UHGV virus genome: UHGV-1372779
Origin: a virus
Reading direction: 5' to 3' (one strand)
DNA length: 64,000 bases
In this document: positions 1 through 9,074 of the stretch, one piece after another
Numbering within the stretch: the stretch's first letter is position 1
Layout of the letters: each line of letters starts with the position of its first letter
Translations under genes and position numbers: made by a program
The notes under the pieces: model-generated
The model's database searches: none
The model's input: the letters and a program-made list of their open reading frames with translations, nothing else
Told to the model about the DNA's origin: nothing

Positions 1-118
1 TAACTATTTAGTTAATCATGAGAAGAGTCCTGATGAGTTTATACAAAACCTAGTAGCTAATGTACTTGGTGATGAGATAGAATGGAATAGAAGAGGTAAA
101 TTTCAAAAATAAAAAAAG

Positions 119-565
119 ATGTTACTATTAGAAAAACTAGACAAGATTTTAGATGTAGGATCTCTAGAAAAGGAAACTAAAGAATCTTTAGTTGAGTTCT
201 TAAAAGAATTAAGAGATGAAGTTGAAAAAGAGGATAGAAGAATAAAATATCCTTTTGAATTATTTGGCATTGAGTGTGGATATGGGTGGTATGGACTTAT
301 ACTTCCTATCTATATGAAAATTACCAAATATAATAAAAACAAACCAGAAAACGAACAAATTCGCATTGATCAGATTAAAGAAAAATTCGGAGGCTTAAGA
401 TTCTATATATCTAATGCTCCTAAAGAGTTTTATGATATGACAGATGAGGCTGAGGAGTTATCTTATAAAGTCTGTGAACTATGTGGTTCTCCAATTGATG
501 TAACTACAGAAGGGAGAGGTTGGATCACAACTCAATGTAAAAAGTGTAGAACAAAAAATGATTAA
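119..565 (+). CDS. hypothetical protein with C-terminal CxxC...CxxC zinc-ribbon-like motif
   Basis: ORF track. C-terminus CELCGSP...CKKC. Begins the tiled plus-strand block. Confidence 0.5.
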   Translation: MLLLEKLDKILDVGSLEKETKESLVEFLKELRDEVEKEDRRIKYPFELFGIECGYGWYGLILPIYMKITKYNKNKPENEQIRIDQIKEKFGGLRFYISNAPKEFYDMTDEAEELSYKVCELCGSPIDVTTEGRGWITTQCKKCRTKND

Positions 566-661
566 TTAGCAACTAATTTTCCATCTGCATATCATCTAAT
601 ACCCTAGAATTAACTGCAGTTGTTTAAGTTGTATTGTCTAACAATATAAATTTAAACATTC

Positions 662-1315
662 ATGGAAAAAATCTCTATTGCAATAGATAAGGAATTAAAT
701 CTATTGACACAATATGGTCTCACTGCTGAGGAATGGTGGATCATAAAGTTGTTATTCCTCGCTAACTATCCAGAAAGTAGAGTACAACCTTTAGAACAAT
801 ATTCTAAAATAGTTGGTGGATTAAAGTTAGATATAATAGAATCTCTACAAAACAAAGGAATCTTAAAGAAATTTAAGGTTAAAAAGAATGATCATTTAGA
901 TATAGATGATCTCCAATTTAATTTCGTAAAAGGAGAAGATGGGAAATCTTATCCAGACATACCTTTCACAGCCAATTTTATCAAGAGCTTCTTAAAGCAC
1001 TCTGGTGAATTGGGGAAAGAATTATTCTTAACATATCCAACATTCATTTATATAAATGGACAGCCTGTTGGTGCTAGAAATATCACTACAGGAAATCACT
1101 TTGGTTCTATGGACGACTTCTTTTTCTTTTATGGAAAAACAATTAAATGGAATCCTGAAACTCATACTCAGATAATTAAGTTATTAGAGTATGCTAAGGA
1201 GAACAATTTAATTAATTATAGTATAGCTACTTTTGTTATTAATGAGAAGTGGAGAGAGATTCAAAAGGCTATACAAGAGGGGTTAGGAACTTATCAATCT
1301 AGTATTCTTATCTAA
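662..1315 (+). CDS. hypothetical protein (immediately upstream of DnaB-like helicase; a loader/initiator role is pure speculation)
   Basis: ORF track. Stop overlaps next start (TAATG at 1313-1317). Confidence 0.45.
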   Translation: MEKISIAIDKELNLLTQYGLTAEEWWIIKLLFLANYPESRVQPLEQYSKIVGGLKLDIIESLQNKGILKKFKVKKNDHLDIDDLQFNFVKGEDGKSYPDIPFTANFIKSFLKHSGELGKELFLTYPTFIYINGQPVGARNITTGNHFGSMDDFFFFYGKTIKWNPETHTQIIKLLEYAKENNLINYSIATFVINEKWREIQKAIQEGLGTYQSSILI

Positions 1316-2484
1316 TGGGAGTAATAGATTCATTATATAAAAGAATAGAGGCAGGAAGAGAAGGTAAGAATATAGGTATTCCTACTGGTCTTCCAGATTT
1401 AGATAAATATACATACGGGATACAAAAGGGGTTTATGAGCACAATATTTGGGGACAGCGGATCAGGAAAGACAACCTACACATTATTTACTCATGTATAT
1501 AAACCTTTACAGTATGCTTTGGAGCACAATAATATTCCTGTAAAAATTTTATACTTTTCCTTGGAAATGAGTCCAGAAGTATTACTAGCTAAGTTATTAA
1601 GTTTATTTATTTCAGATCAATTCCATGTTCAAATATCTTATAAAGAAATTTTATCTTTAGGGGGTATTTTGGATGATGATAAATTTGAATTAATATGTAA
1701 GGCTAAGGCTTGGTTGGAAAGAGTTGTTCAACATTTAACTATTTATGACAAAGCTGTTAATGCAGTTAGAGTTTATAATGTAGTTAGAGAATGGGCAGGC
1801 AACTTTGGAACTTTTATGGAAGAGGAAAGTATGGAAATCTATGTTCCTAAGAATCCAGATATGTATAAAATTGTCGTTATTGACCATATGAGGCTATTAG
1901 TTGGATCAGATAAGAAAACGGAAATCAATACTTGTGCTGATTATTTAATCAACTTAAGAGATTTGTGTAATCTTACAGTAGCTTTAGTTCAACAGGCCAA
2001 TAGACAAATTAAATCTATGGATAGAAGAAATGGCGGTTATCAATATCTTCAGTTGGATGATATGGCTGATGCTTCTGGGCCTGCTCAAGGTTCTGAGGTT
2101 GTTATTGGTATATATTATCCTCATAGAGAGAAGAGAACCACTTGTGAAGGTTATGATATAAAGAAATTAAGAGACCATGCTAGGATTATTCAAATCCTAA
2201 AGCATAGGTATGGAGTCTCAGATGTAATGAAGGGTATATTATTTAGAGGAGAAATAGGGTATTATAAAGAATTGCCCAATCCTAATGATGGAGCCTTAAA
2301 TTATGATGAGATATTAGATTATAATTATCTGTACATGGACAAACCATTATCAGATAATAACATCCTAGATAAATTACCACCATTAGATGAAGAAAAAGAT
2401 TTTACTTCTACGGAAGATTTATTTAATGATATAGATAGTTCTGATGGAAGTAGTGGGTTAAACTTTAATTTTGTTTTTGATTAA
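1315..2484 (+). CDS. DnaB-family replicative helicase-like ATPase (RecA-fold C-terminal domain only)
   Basis: IPTGLPDLDKYTYGIQKGFMSTIFGDSGSGKTT matches the DnaB H1/Walker A context (TG..LD..T.G...G.L....G.GKT). VVIDHMRLL is Walker-B-like. At 389 aa it lacks a DnaB N-terminal domain. Confidence 0.6.
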   Translation: MGVIDSLYKRIEAGREGKNIGIPTGLPDLDKYTYGIQKGFMSTIFGDSGSGKTTYTLFTHVYKPLQYALEHNNIPVKILYFSLEMSPEVLLAKLLSLFISDQFHVQISYKEILSLGGILDDDKFELICKAKAWLERVVQHLTIYDKAVNAVRVYNVVREWAGNFGTFMEEESMEIYVPKNPDMYKIVVIDHMRLLVGSDKKTEINTCADYLINLRDLCNLTVALVQQANRQIKSMDRRNGGYQYLQLDDMADASGPAQGSEVVIGIYYPHREKRTTCEGYDIKKLRDHARIIQILKHRYGVSDVMKGILFRGEIGYYKELPNPNDGALNYDEILDYNYLYMDKPLSDNNILDKLPPLDEEKDFTSTEDLFNDIDSSDGSSGLNFNFVFD

Positions 2485-3173
2485 TGGCAAATTTAATAGG
2501 AATTGTAGGAGAATCTGGAAGTGGAAAGTCAACTAGTATTGGATTTCTAAATCCTACTGAGACAGTTGTAATAAGTGTGGCTAACAAGCCATTACCAATT
2601 AAAGGATTTCAAAAGAAATATACTCTGTTTGATGGCAAAACCAACCCAAAAGGAAATTTATTTAATAGCTCAAATGTAGAGCAAATTAGGAAATTTATGC
2701 AGTTTATTAGTGATCGAAGACCTGATATTAAGAATTTAATTATTGACGATGCGCAATATCTCATGTCCTTCGAGTTAATGAATAGAGCTGAGGAAAAATC
2801 TTATGACAAATTCACTCAAATAGCTGCTCACTTTTATTCTGTCTTAAAAGAAGCTATAAACTTAAGACCTGATTTAAACATTATTATAATGACTCACTCT
2901 GAAAATATTGGAGATGCAATAAATCCTCAATACAAGATGAAGACAATTGGAAAAATGCTTGACAGTGCTATTACTGTTGAAGGATTATTCACTTATGTAA
3001 TCTTTACAAGAAAGAGTCTTGATGATAATGATAAACCGGTATATGAGTTTATCACTAATTATGACGGAACTAATACAGCTAAAACTCCAGCTGGATGTTT
3101 TGAGTCACTTACTATGCCTAATAATCTACAAATGGTAGTTGAGGCAATTGATAAATATAATAACGAAGAATGA
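2484..3173 (+). CDS. RecA-fold ATPase, Sak4/AAA_24-like (recombination/replication accessory)
   Basis: Walker A IGIVGESGSGKST and Walker B LIIDDAQYL. About 230 aa, typical of phage Sak4-type ATPases. Adjacent to helicase and primase genes. Confidence 0.5.
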   Translation: MANLIGIVGESGSGKSTSIGFLNPTETVVISVANKPLPIKGFQKKYTLFDGKTNPKGNLFNSSNVEQIRKFMQFISDRRPDIKNLIIDDAQYLMSFELMNRAEEKSYDKFTQIAAHFYSVLKEAINLRPDLNIIIMTHSENIGDAINPQYKMKTIGKMLDSAITVEGLFTYVIFTRKSLDDNDKPVYEFITNYDGTNTAKTPAGCFESLTMPNNLQMVVEAIDKYNNEE

Positions 3174-3919
3174 TAAATATTTCATTTGATTTCGATCCAG
3201 TTAGTTATTCAGTATCTAATATATTAGTTACAGAAAAAGGCACATCTGGCCTTGATAAGATTGTGGAACAGATGAAGGAAGTTATTCCTTCACCTACTAA
3301 ATCTACAACTAAAACTACTGGAAGAAAGAAAAAAGAAAAGAATGAAGATATAATCAAACTTGAAGATAACAAACTTGTTCTAACTCAAAAATTAATTGAT
3401 TTATTAGAAGCAGAGCCTGGAGATAGGTTATGTATTAGATTTAAAGATTTTAACGGAGAGTATTTCCCTATTATAGCTAAGTCGGAAGTATTTGCTGATC
3501 CAGAAGCTGGAAATAAACTTACTAAGAGTTTAACAGTTTCTTATAGAGGCAAACAAAGGGAAGAATTAGTTATATATGGAGAGGAATTTACATTTGAAGA
3601 AACTTTTGAAGGATCTGGAATATGTAAATTAATAGGACAAAACACAATAACAGCAGATGATAAGGTATTTAAAGGTAATAAAGACCTTGATTCCTATGAT
3701 GATGAAGATAAAGAAAAGAAGAAATCTAATAAATCTCAGAAGAAAGAAGATGTAGTTGGATTAAATCCAGATACTAAATTCTCTTATACTCCAGTTTTAC
3801 CTAATAGTAAATCTAGAGTAGATTCTTCTGTTAATATTTTAGATTTTGATTTTAATAAAAAGTCAGATAGTAACATAGACAATCTTTTGAGAGAGATTGA
3901 AGGGGTTGAGGATTTATAA
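3170..3919 (+). CDS. hypothetical lysine-rich protein
   Basis: ORF track. ATGA overlap with upstream gene. K/E-rich tracts (KEKKKSNKSQKKED). Confidence 0.45.
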   Translation: MINISFDFDPVSYSVSNILVTEKGTSGLDKIVEQMKEVIPSPTKSTTKTTGRKKKEKNEDIIKLEDNKLVLTQKLIDLLEAEPGDRLCIRFKDFNGEYFPIIAKSEVFADPEAGNKLTKSLTVSYRGKQREELVIYGEEFTFEETFEGSGICKLIGQNTITADDKVFKGNKDLDSYDDEDKEKKKSNKSQKKEDVVGLNPDTKFSYTPVLPNSKSRVDSSVNILDFDFNKKSDSNIDNLLREIEGVEDL

Positions 3920-3944
3920 ATATTAAATTTAAATACTATATATT

Positions 3945-4778
3945 ATGAATATGAATTTTGGAAGTGATTTAGCTAATAAAGATGTAAAAGCAACAGCAGG
4001 TGAATCTAATTTTCTTAAAGGCGATGCTATTTATGATGTAAAATTAAAAGATGTAAGAGAGGAAGTTATTAAAGGTAAAGAAAAAGATGGCGCTCCTGGT
4101 CAGGAATATCATGTATTAGTTATGGAGTTTGCTGAGATAAATCCTGAAACTGGAACTATTGATGAAAATAGTAAAGTTTATGCTGATAAAACTTTCCCTA
4201 TTACAGAACAATCTGCAAAGAGAAATACCTTTAAGAGAGTAGTAGATGGTAAAGAAACTGAGATAGAATTACCATCTATTTATGAAACTACTATGGCTAA
4301 ATTTAAGCAATATATGAGCCAACTTTGCCCAGAGTATTATAATAGCTTACTTACTGGTAAAAATAGCTTATCTGGAATTAATAGCTGGGATGCATTTAAG
4401 AAAGTGATGATTACTTTGTTCTCTAAAGTAATTAAATCTGATAAAAATCCTTCTTGTAAACTTAAACTAGTTAAAAATAAACAAGGATTCGCTACTATTC
4501 CAAACTTTGTTGCATTAAATAGAGAAGGACAGTATTATGTTAATAATAACTTCCTTGGAAATATTGATCTATTGACTAAAGAGAAAAGAGAAATTGCATT
4601 CTCTGACTATGAAATGAGTCAAATTGAAAAGAGAAAGAAAGCAGCTAAAGAAGCTACTTCTACTACTCAATTAATGGGAATGTCTGCTCCTGCAGCATCT
4701 AATACAGCTCCTATTGCTGGAGGCTCTGAAAGTGTAGATCAAGTAAACTTTGATGATATTGATCTAAGCAGTCTTTAA
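3945..4778 (+). CDS. hypothetical protein; possible ssDNA-binding protein (weak)
   Basis: Acidic C-terminal tail (VNFDDIDLSSL) reminiscent of SSB tails. Position next to the Sak4-like ATPase. No OB-fold motif verified. Confidence 0.4.
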   Translation: MNMNFGSDLANKDVKATAGESNFLKGDAIYDVKLKDVREEVIKGKEKDGAPGQEYHVLVMEFAEINPETGTIDENSKVYADKTFPITEQSAKRNTFKRVVDGKETEIELPSIYETTMAKFKQYMSQLCPEYYNSLLTGKNSLSGINSWDAFKKVMITLFSKVIKSDKNPSCKLKLVKNKQGFATIPNFVALNREGQYYVNNNFLGNIDLLTKEKREIAFSDYEMSQIEKRKKAAKEATSTTQLMGMSAPAASNTAPIAGGSESVDQVNFDDIDLSSL

Positions 4779-4790
4779 TAATAACAACAA

Positions 4791-5801
4791 ATGGAGTTAC
4801 GAATATTTCCAGAGAAGTTAACTCAAGAAGAATTATTAAAGCACAATTCTGAGGAGACTTATATGGAACATTATTTAGGGATTCCAGTAAAAAAAGGACT
4901 ATTTAAGTCTCCACTTAGGAAAGATAATACTCCAACTTGTTCTTTTTATAGAGATAAAGCTGGAAGACTTATTTTTAAAGATTTTCGTGGGGATTTTTAT
5001 GGGAATTTTGTAGAAGTTGTTAAATTTAAGTACAATGTATCATACCATAAGGCATTGGCTATTATAGCCAATGACTTTGGTATTTTACTTAATCCTGAAC
5101 TAGAAAAACATAAATCTTGTATTAAAAAATATACTAATAATGTTCTCAAACCATCTGAAGAATCTATCATTAAAGTTAAAGTAAAAGACTTTACTAAAGA
5201 AGAATTAGATTGGTGGGGAAGTTTTGGTATAGGACTTACTACACTAAAGAAGTTTTTTGTCTTCTCTTGTGAAATAGTATTTCTAAATGATCAGATTTAT
5301 TCTTATTCCACTCCTACTAGTTTCAATTTTGGGTATTTTTATCCATCGAGAGATAGTAAAAAACAGTTCTGGAGGATCTATTATCCTCAAAATAAAAAGT
5401 ATCGTTTCATATCTAACTGGAATAAGACAATGATTCAAGGATTCCATATGATGCCCAAGTCTGGAGAATTTTTAGTAATAACAAAATCAATGAAGGATGT
5501 AATGTTATGCTATGAATTAGGAATTCCTGCAATCGCACCAAATTCTGAGAATTTATTTATAACTGAAGCTCAATGGGATAATATAGTTATAAAGTTCAGG
5601 AAAATTTTCTTATTATATGATACTGACTTAGCAGGAGTAGCTAATAGTAAGAGAATTAAAAAGAAATTTCCTAAGATTCAAGTTTTACTAATCCCTAGGA
5701 AATATAAAGCAAAAGATCTAACTGATTTATATAAGAAGTTAGGAACAGAGAGGATATTAAATTTAGTTGAAGAAGCTAAACAATATTATTTAAACCAGTG
5801 A
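4791..5801 (+). CDS. DNA primase, DnaG-like (degenerate zinc-binding region plus Toprim domain)
   Basis: SPLRKDNTPTCSFYRD...FKDFRGDFYGN aligns to the DnaG CHC2 zinc finger (CPFHxExTPSF...CFGCG) but most Cys/His ligands are replaced. Toprim: acidic E region, then LLYDTDLAG (DxDxxG). Confidence 0.55.
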   Translation: MELRIFPEKLTQEELLKHNSEETYMEHYLGIPVKKGLFKSPLRKDNTPTCSFYRDKAGRLIFKDFRGDFYGNFVEVVKFKYNVSYHKALAIIANDFGILLNPELEKHKSCIKKYTNNVLKPSEESIIKVKVKDFTKEELDWWGSFGIGLTTLKKFFVFSCEIVFLNDQIYSYSTPTSFNFGYFYPSRDSKKQFWRIYYPQNKKYRFISNWNKTMIQGFHMMPKSGEFLVITKSMKDVMLCYELGIPAIAPNSENLFITEAQWDNIVIKFRKIFLLYDTDLAGVANSKRIKKKFPKIQVLLIPRKYKAKDLTDLYKKLGTERILNLVEEAKQYYLNQ

Positions 5802-6319
5802 AAGATTTAAGAATTATTATAGATATTGATGATACAATAAATTCCTGGATGGAGTATTATAAAGAATGGTTTGATACAGATCATCATCCTTATAGATTGA
5901 TAGATCATGTGATTACTAGAAATGTTTTTAAATTGAGACATAATAAAGATTTTTGGTTAAATGTGCCTAAATTAAGAGATGTTGAATCTCCAATAGTTGC
6001 ATATTGCACTAAAAGAGTAAATCCAAAATCTTATACTAAGGAGTGGTTAAGCAAAAATGGATTTCCGAATAAGCCTATTTATCAAATGTTATATCAACAT
6101 GGTAATAAAGCAAGACTTATTAAGGGTAAATGTGATGTATTTATTGATGATTCAGTATCTAATTTTAAGAGTTGTAATGAGTCAGGTGTATTCACATTAC
6201 TAATAGATGCTCCTCACAATAGACATTTCAATACAGATCTTAGGATTTATTCATTAAATTATAATGAAATAAAAGAAAAATATGAGCAATTTAGAAAGAA
6301 CCTTAGAGCTGATATTTGA
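5798..6319 (+). CDS. HAD-superfamily phosphatase, 5'(3')-deoxyribonucleotidase-like
   Basis: HAD motif I IIIDIDDTI (DxDxT). C-terminal VFIDDS (motif IV-like DD). Size about 170 aa as in NT5C-type phage nucleotidases. Confidence 0.5.
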   Translation: MKDLRIIIDIDDTINSWMEYYKEWFDTDHHPYRLIDHVITRNVFKLRHNKDFWLNVPKLRDVESPIVAYCTKRVNPKSYTKEWLSKNGFPNKPIYQMLYQHGNKARLIKGKCDVFIDDSVSNFKSCNESGVFTLLIDAPHNRHFNTDLRIYSLNYNEIKEKYEQFRKNLRADI

Positions 6320-6686
6320 AGTAGATGATCAATTTATAAAGGATATAATTGATCTTCCTGTTTCTGATGATGGTATTATGGATGCAAGTGAACAACTTTG
6401 TCAAAGTAATGAGTTCTTTGATTGTAGCACTATTGCAAATGCTATATTAAAAGAATATATTATTGACAAAATACTAGAAAGTGAAGATTTTGATAATGAG
6501 TTCAATTATTACGATTTATATGTTACGGTATATTGCCCTACTTATTTAGAAAGAGAGTACAAAATTGCAATTTGTGTAAAAGACTTTCTACTAGAAAAAG
6601 TAAGATCTATATTAAATCAAGATAGTATTTTATCCGAACTCATTTCTGAATATGAAGTAAGAATCATTTATGATATTCAGCAATAA
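6282..6686 (+). CDS. hypothetical protein
   Basis: ORF track. Same-strand tiling. Confidence 0.45.
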   Translation: MSNLERTLELIFEVDDQFIKDIIDLPVSDDGIMDASEQLCQSNEFFDCSTIANAILKEYIIDKILESEDFDNEFNYYDLYVTVYCPTYLEREYKIAICVKDFLLEKVRSILNQDSILSELISEYEVRIIYDIQQ

Positions 6687-7817
6687 ATGATCTCTGAAGA
6701 AGTATTAAATAAATTTGAAATAATACCAGACTATGATTCAGTTGAATGTAAGGAAATAGATGATGAAACTTACTTTAGCTCAGAATATAGAAATTATATA
6801 TCTAATTCTAAGTTAAAGTTAATCAATCCAGATGAAGGAGGATCTTTTGAAACATACTTGAAAGGTCTACAATCTGCTTCATCTACATCACTTTCAGTTG
6901 GAACTGCAGTTCATGAAGTTATTCTTCAAGAAGAGAGTTTTGAAATCTCTGATCAGTTAAAACCAACTGCAAAAGCTGGAATGATGATTGATAGAATCTT
7001 TTATTACCGAAATAAGAAAAATGAAAAAGGAGAATATTGTTACAAAATAGGTGAATCTATTATATTTGCATCGGAGGATGTTGGATATTATACTAATCAA
7101 TTAACTAAAAAGAGATTAAGAACTCTATTAGAAAGTGGTTGGGATTATTATAAATATTTAAAAAGATTACAGTCTTTTAAGCCTTCTAAAGAACAAATTG
7201 TATTAGATAAGACCACTAGACCAATTGTATTATCTTGTATAGAACAGTTAAGAAGGAATGAAGATGCAATGAATCTATTACGTCCTGATGCCTTCAACTT
7301 TATGGGATATGATATAATCAATAGAAATGAAGATGCAATATTTATTAATGTAACAGTTAAGTTTCCTAATAGTTTAACTGATCCAAATGCAGAGATAGTT
7401 TCTCAAGATTTAGCATTAAAGATCAAAATAGACAACTGGAGCATAGATTTAGATAACAAATATTTAACACTTAATGATTTAAAGACTACTGGAAAGGCTG
7501 TTTATATGTTCCCCGGAAGTATTAGAAATGAAACTGGAGAATTCTTAGAAGGATCATTCCAACACTATCATTACTATCGCCAGATGGGTATGTATATATG
7601 GGTTTTAAGGCAGTATGTAAAAAGAGAGTTTAATATAGATTTAAAGGAATTTACTACAAACCTAAATATGATTGTAGTATCAACAATTCCCAATTATTCT
7701 ACTTCCGTCTTTAGAGTAACTAATGAATGGGCAGAGAAAGGTTTTGAGGAATTTGCAAAACTCTTGAAATATGCAGCTTATGCTGAATATAATAGAGAGA
7801 AATTATTAAAAGAATAA
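6687..7817 (+). CDS. putative PD-(D/E)xK-family nuclease (RecB/YqaJ-like)
   Basis: IDLD...LNDLKTT (D...DxK arrangement), then QHYHYYRQ (QxxxY motif typical of RecB-family nucleases). Motif-level only. Confidence 0.35.
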   Translation: MISEEVLNKFEIIPDYDSVECKEIDDETYFSSEYRNYISNSKLKLINPDEGGSFETYLKGLQSASSTSLSVGTAVHEVILQEESFEISDQLKPTAKAGMMIDRIFYYRNKKNEKGEYCYKIGESIIFASEDVGYYTNQLTKKRLRTLLESGWDYYKYLKRLQSFKPSKEQIVLDKTTRPIVLSCIEQLRRNEDAMNLLRPDAFNFMGYDIINRNEDAIFINVTVKFPNSLTDPNAEIVSQDLALKIKIDNWSIDLDNKYLTLNDLKTTGKAVYMFPGSIRNETGEFLEGSFQHYHYYRQMGMYIWVLRQYVKREFNIDLKEFTTNLNMIVVSTIPNYSTSVFRVTNEWAEKGFEEFAKLLKYAAYAEYNREKLLKE

Positions 7818-7821
7818 CATC

Positions 7822-8220
7822 ATGGAAAAAGAAGAATTGAATGAATACAGGATTAATGATGCCTGTAATAGTTTTAATTTACTTACCTATGATGAGAAGA
7901 AGGCTTTTATAAATAGAACATTTGGATTTAGATTATTAACAGTTCCCGATTTAGATAATAGATTAGTGTTAGTATCTTTATTAAATGCAATATTTAGGGC
8001 TTATAAGAAGAATCATCCAGAGGAGACAATGGATGCATTTATCCCAAAGCTTCTTAAAGATAAACTATGTGATTTAGATAAGGAATGGTTTGTGAATTTT
8101 CTACCGTTTGCAGAATCTTTAGCAGAAGGATGTGATAAGGTTAATACATTTGGACTAAAGACAGCAGGAGATTTTAAAAATGAAATCTGTAAGATATTAA
8201 ATTTACTCCTCCCATTTTAG
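7822..8220 (+). CDS. hypothetical protein
   Basis: ORF track. Confidence 0.45.
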   Translation: MEKEELNEYRINDACNSFNLLTYDEKKAFINRTFGFRLLTVPDLDNRLVLVSLLNAIFRAYKKNHPEETMDAFIPKLLKDKLCDLDKEWFVNFLPFAESLAEGCDKVNTFGLKTAGDFKNEICKILNLLLPF

Positions 8221-8254
8221 TAGATAAATATTAATAAGTTAGATAAATCCAAGA

Positions 8255-8295
8255 AATTTAAGAAATTTTTTCTATGAATTTAAGAAATTTTTTCT
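8255..8295. repeat. direct repeat: two exact 19-nt copies aatttaagaaattttttct (8255-8273 and 8277-8295), with an additional aagaaattt half-copy at 8251-8259
   Basis: Read directly in the 175-bp intergenic region 8221-8395, the largest non-coding gap of the plus-strand block. Confidence 0.8.
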
Positions 8296-8304
8296 TTAGC
8301 AAAA

Positions 8305-8336
8305 TTTGGAAAGTATGAAGATTTCCCTTATCTTTG
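8305..8336 (+). promoter_or_regulatory. candidate Bacteroidota-type promoter: TTTG (8305-8308), 20-nt spacer, TATCTTTG (8329-8336, TAnnTTTG)
   Basis: Matches the reported Bacteroides -33 TTTG / -7 TAnnTTTG consensus and spacing. Lies about 60 nt upstream of the 8396 ORF, just downstream of the direct repeats. Confidence 0.35.
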
Positions 8337-8395
8337 TATCATAAAATTAAGGGAAAATATATTTATTAATTATAATAGTTTAATTTAAAATTTTA

Positions 8396-8953
8396 ATGAT
8401 TATGGCAAAATTAGTTACTGAAATTGTTTATGGGTATGATAAAGAGGAAGCAATGAAAGACCTTAACTTAGAGATCAAACACAATGCAACTACAAAATGG
8501 AAAAATGAGGGACAACCTACATTTGGAAGTGCTAAGTTTATTGAGTTCTGTCAAAAATTTATTGATTCTAAGAAAATGACCTCTGGTGGTGGTGCTTACA
8601 TTGTTAAAAATCCAGCTCAAAAGGATACAAGACTTCGCCCTTATAGCGTAATTTCTTATAAGAAAGAAGGAAAAACTAAATGGGAGACCAAATATAATGT
8701 ATGTGAGTATAACGACGAAACTGGAGAAATCGGTAAAGTTGTAAATAACGAAGCTACTACTAAGGCAGAAGCTGAGGCAATTGCAAAAGATTTGACTACA
8801 GCTAACAAGAGAGATTATATTTGTAGAAAAACCAAAGAAGTTGTAGAGGATGAAAATTCTAAGAATGGAGAAATCTTATTCAGATGTATCTATACACCTT
8901 CTAAATCAGCAGAACAAGGAGAATTCTATGTATTTGGACTTGAAAAAGAATAA
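8396..8953 (+). CDS. hypothetical protein in a stand-alone expression unit (own promoter-like element and strong terminator)
   Basis: ORF track. Flanked by the repeat/promoter region upstream and a perfect hairpin terminator downstream. No recognisable domain. Confidence 0.55.
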   Translation: MIMAKLVTEIVYGYDKEEAMKDLNLEIKHNATTKWKNEGQPTFGSAKFIEFCQKFIDSKKMTSGGGAYIVKNPAQKDTRLRPYSVISYKKEGKTKWETKYNVCEYNDETGEIGKVVNNEATTKAEAEAIAKDLTTANKRDYICRKTKEVVEDENSKNGEILFRCIYTPSKSAEQGEFYVFGLEKE

Positions 8954-8977
8954 TCAATCATATTAGACTTTCTTTCA

Positions 8978-9020
8978 GAGGCACATGGTGATCTAGTTAT
9001 CATCATGTGCCTCTTTTTAT
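8978..9020 (+). terminator. rho-independent terminator: 10-bp perfect stem gaggcacatg / catgtgcctc, then TTTTTATTT
   Basis: Stem 8978-8987 and 9004-9013, T-run 9014-9020. Read directly from the sequence. Confidence 0.7.
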
Positions 9021-9074
9021 TTATAATTTTACAAACATAAAGTATTAACGGCGTAACTGCCTTAAAAGTGTATT

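Noticed and set aside
570-661. Terminator hairpin after the first ORF (ttaactgcagttgtttaa)
   Set aside because: The inverted repeat is imperfect (ttaac versus gtttaa) and lacks a convincing stem.
9021-9074. Second Bacteroidota-type promoter upstream of the metallophosphoesterase gene (gtgtattttgaaa)
   Set aside because: TATTTTG is one base short of the TAnnTTTG -7 consensus and there is no TTTG at the right spacing upstream.
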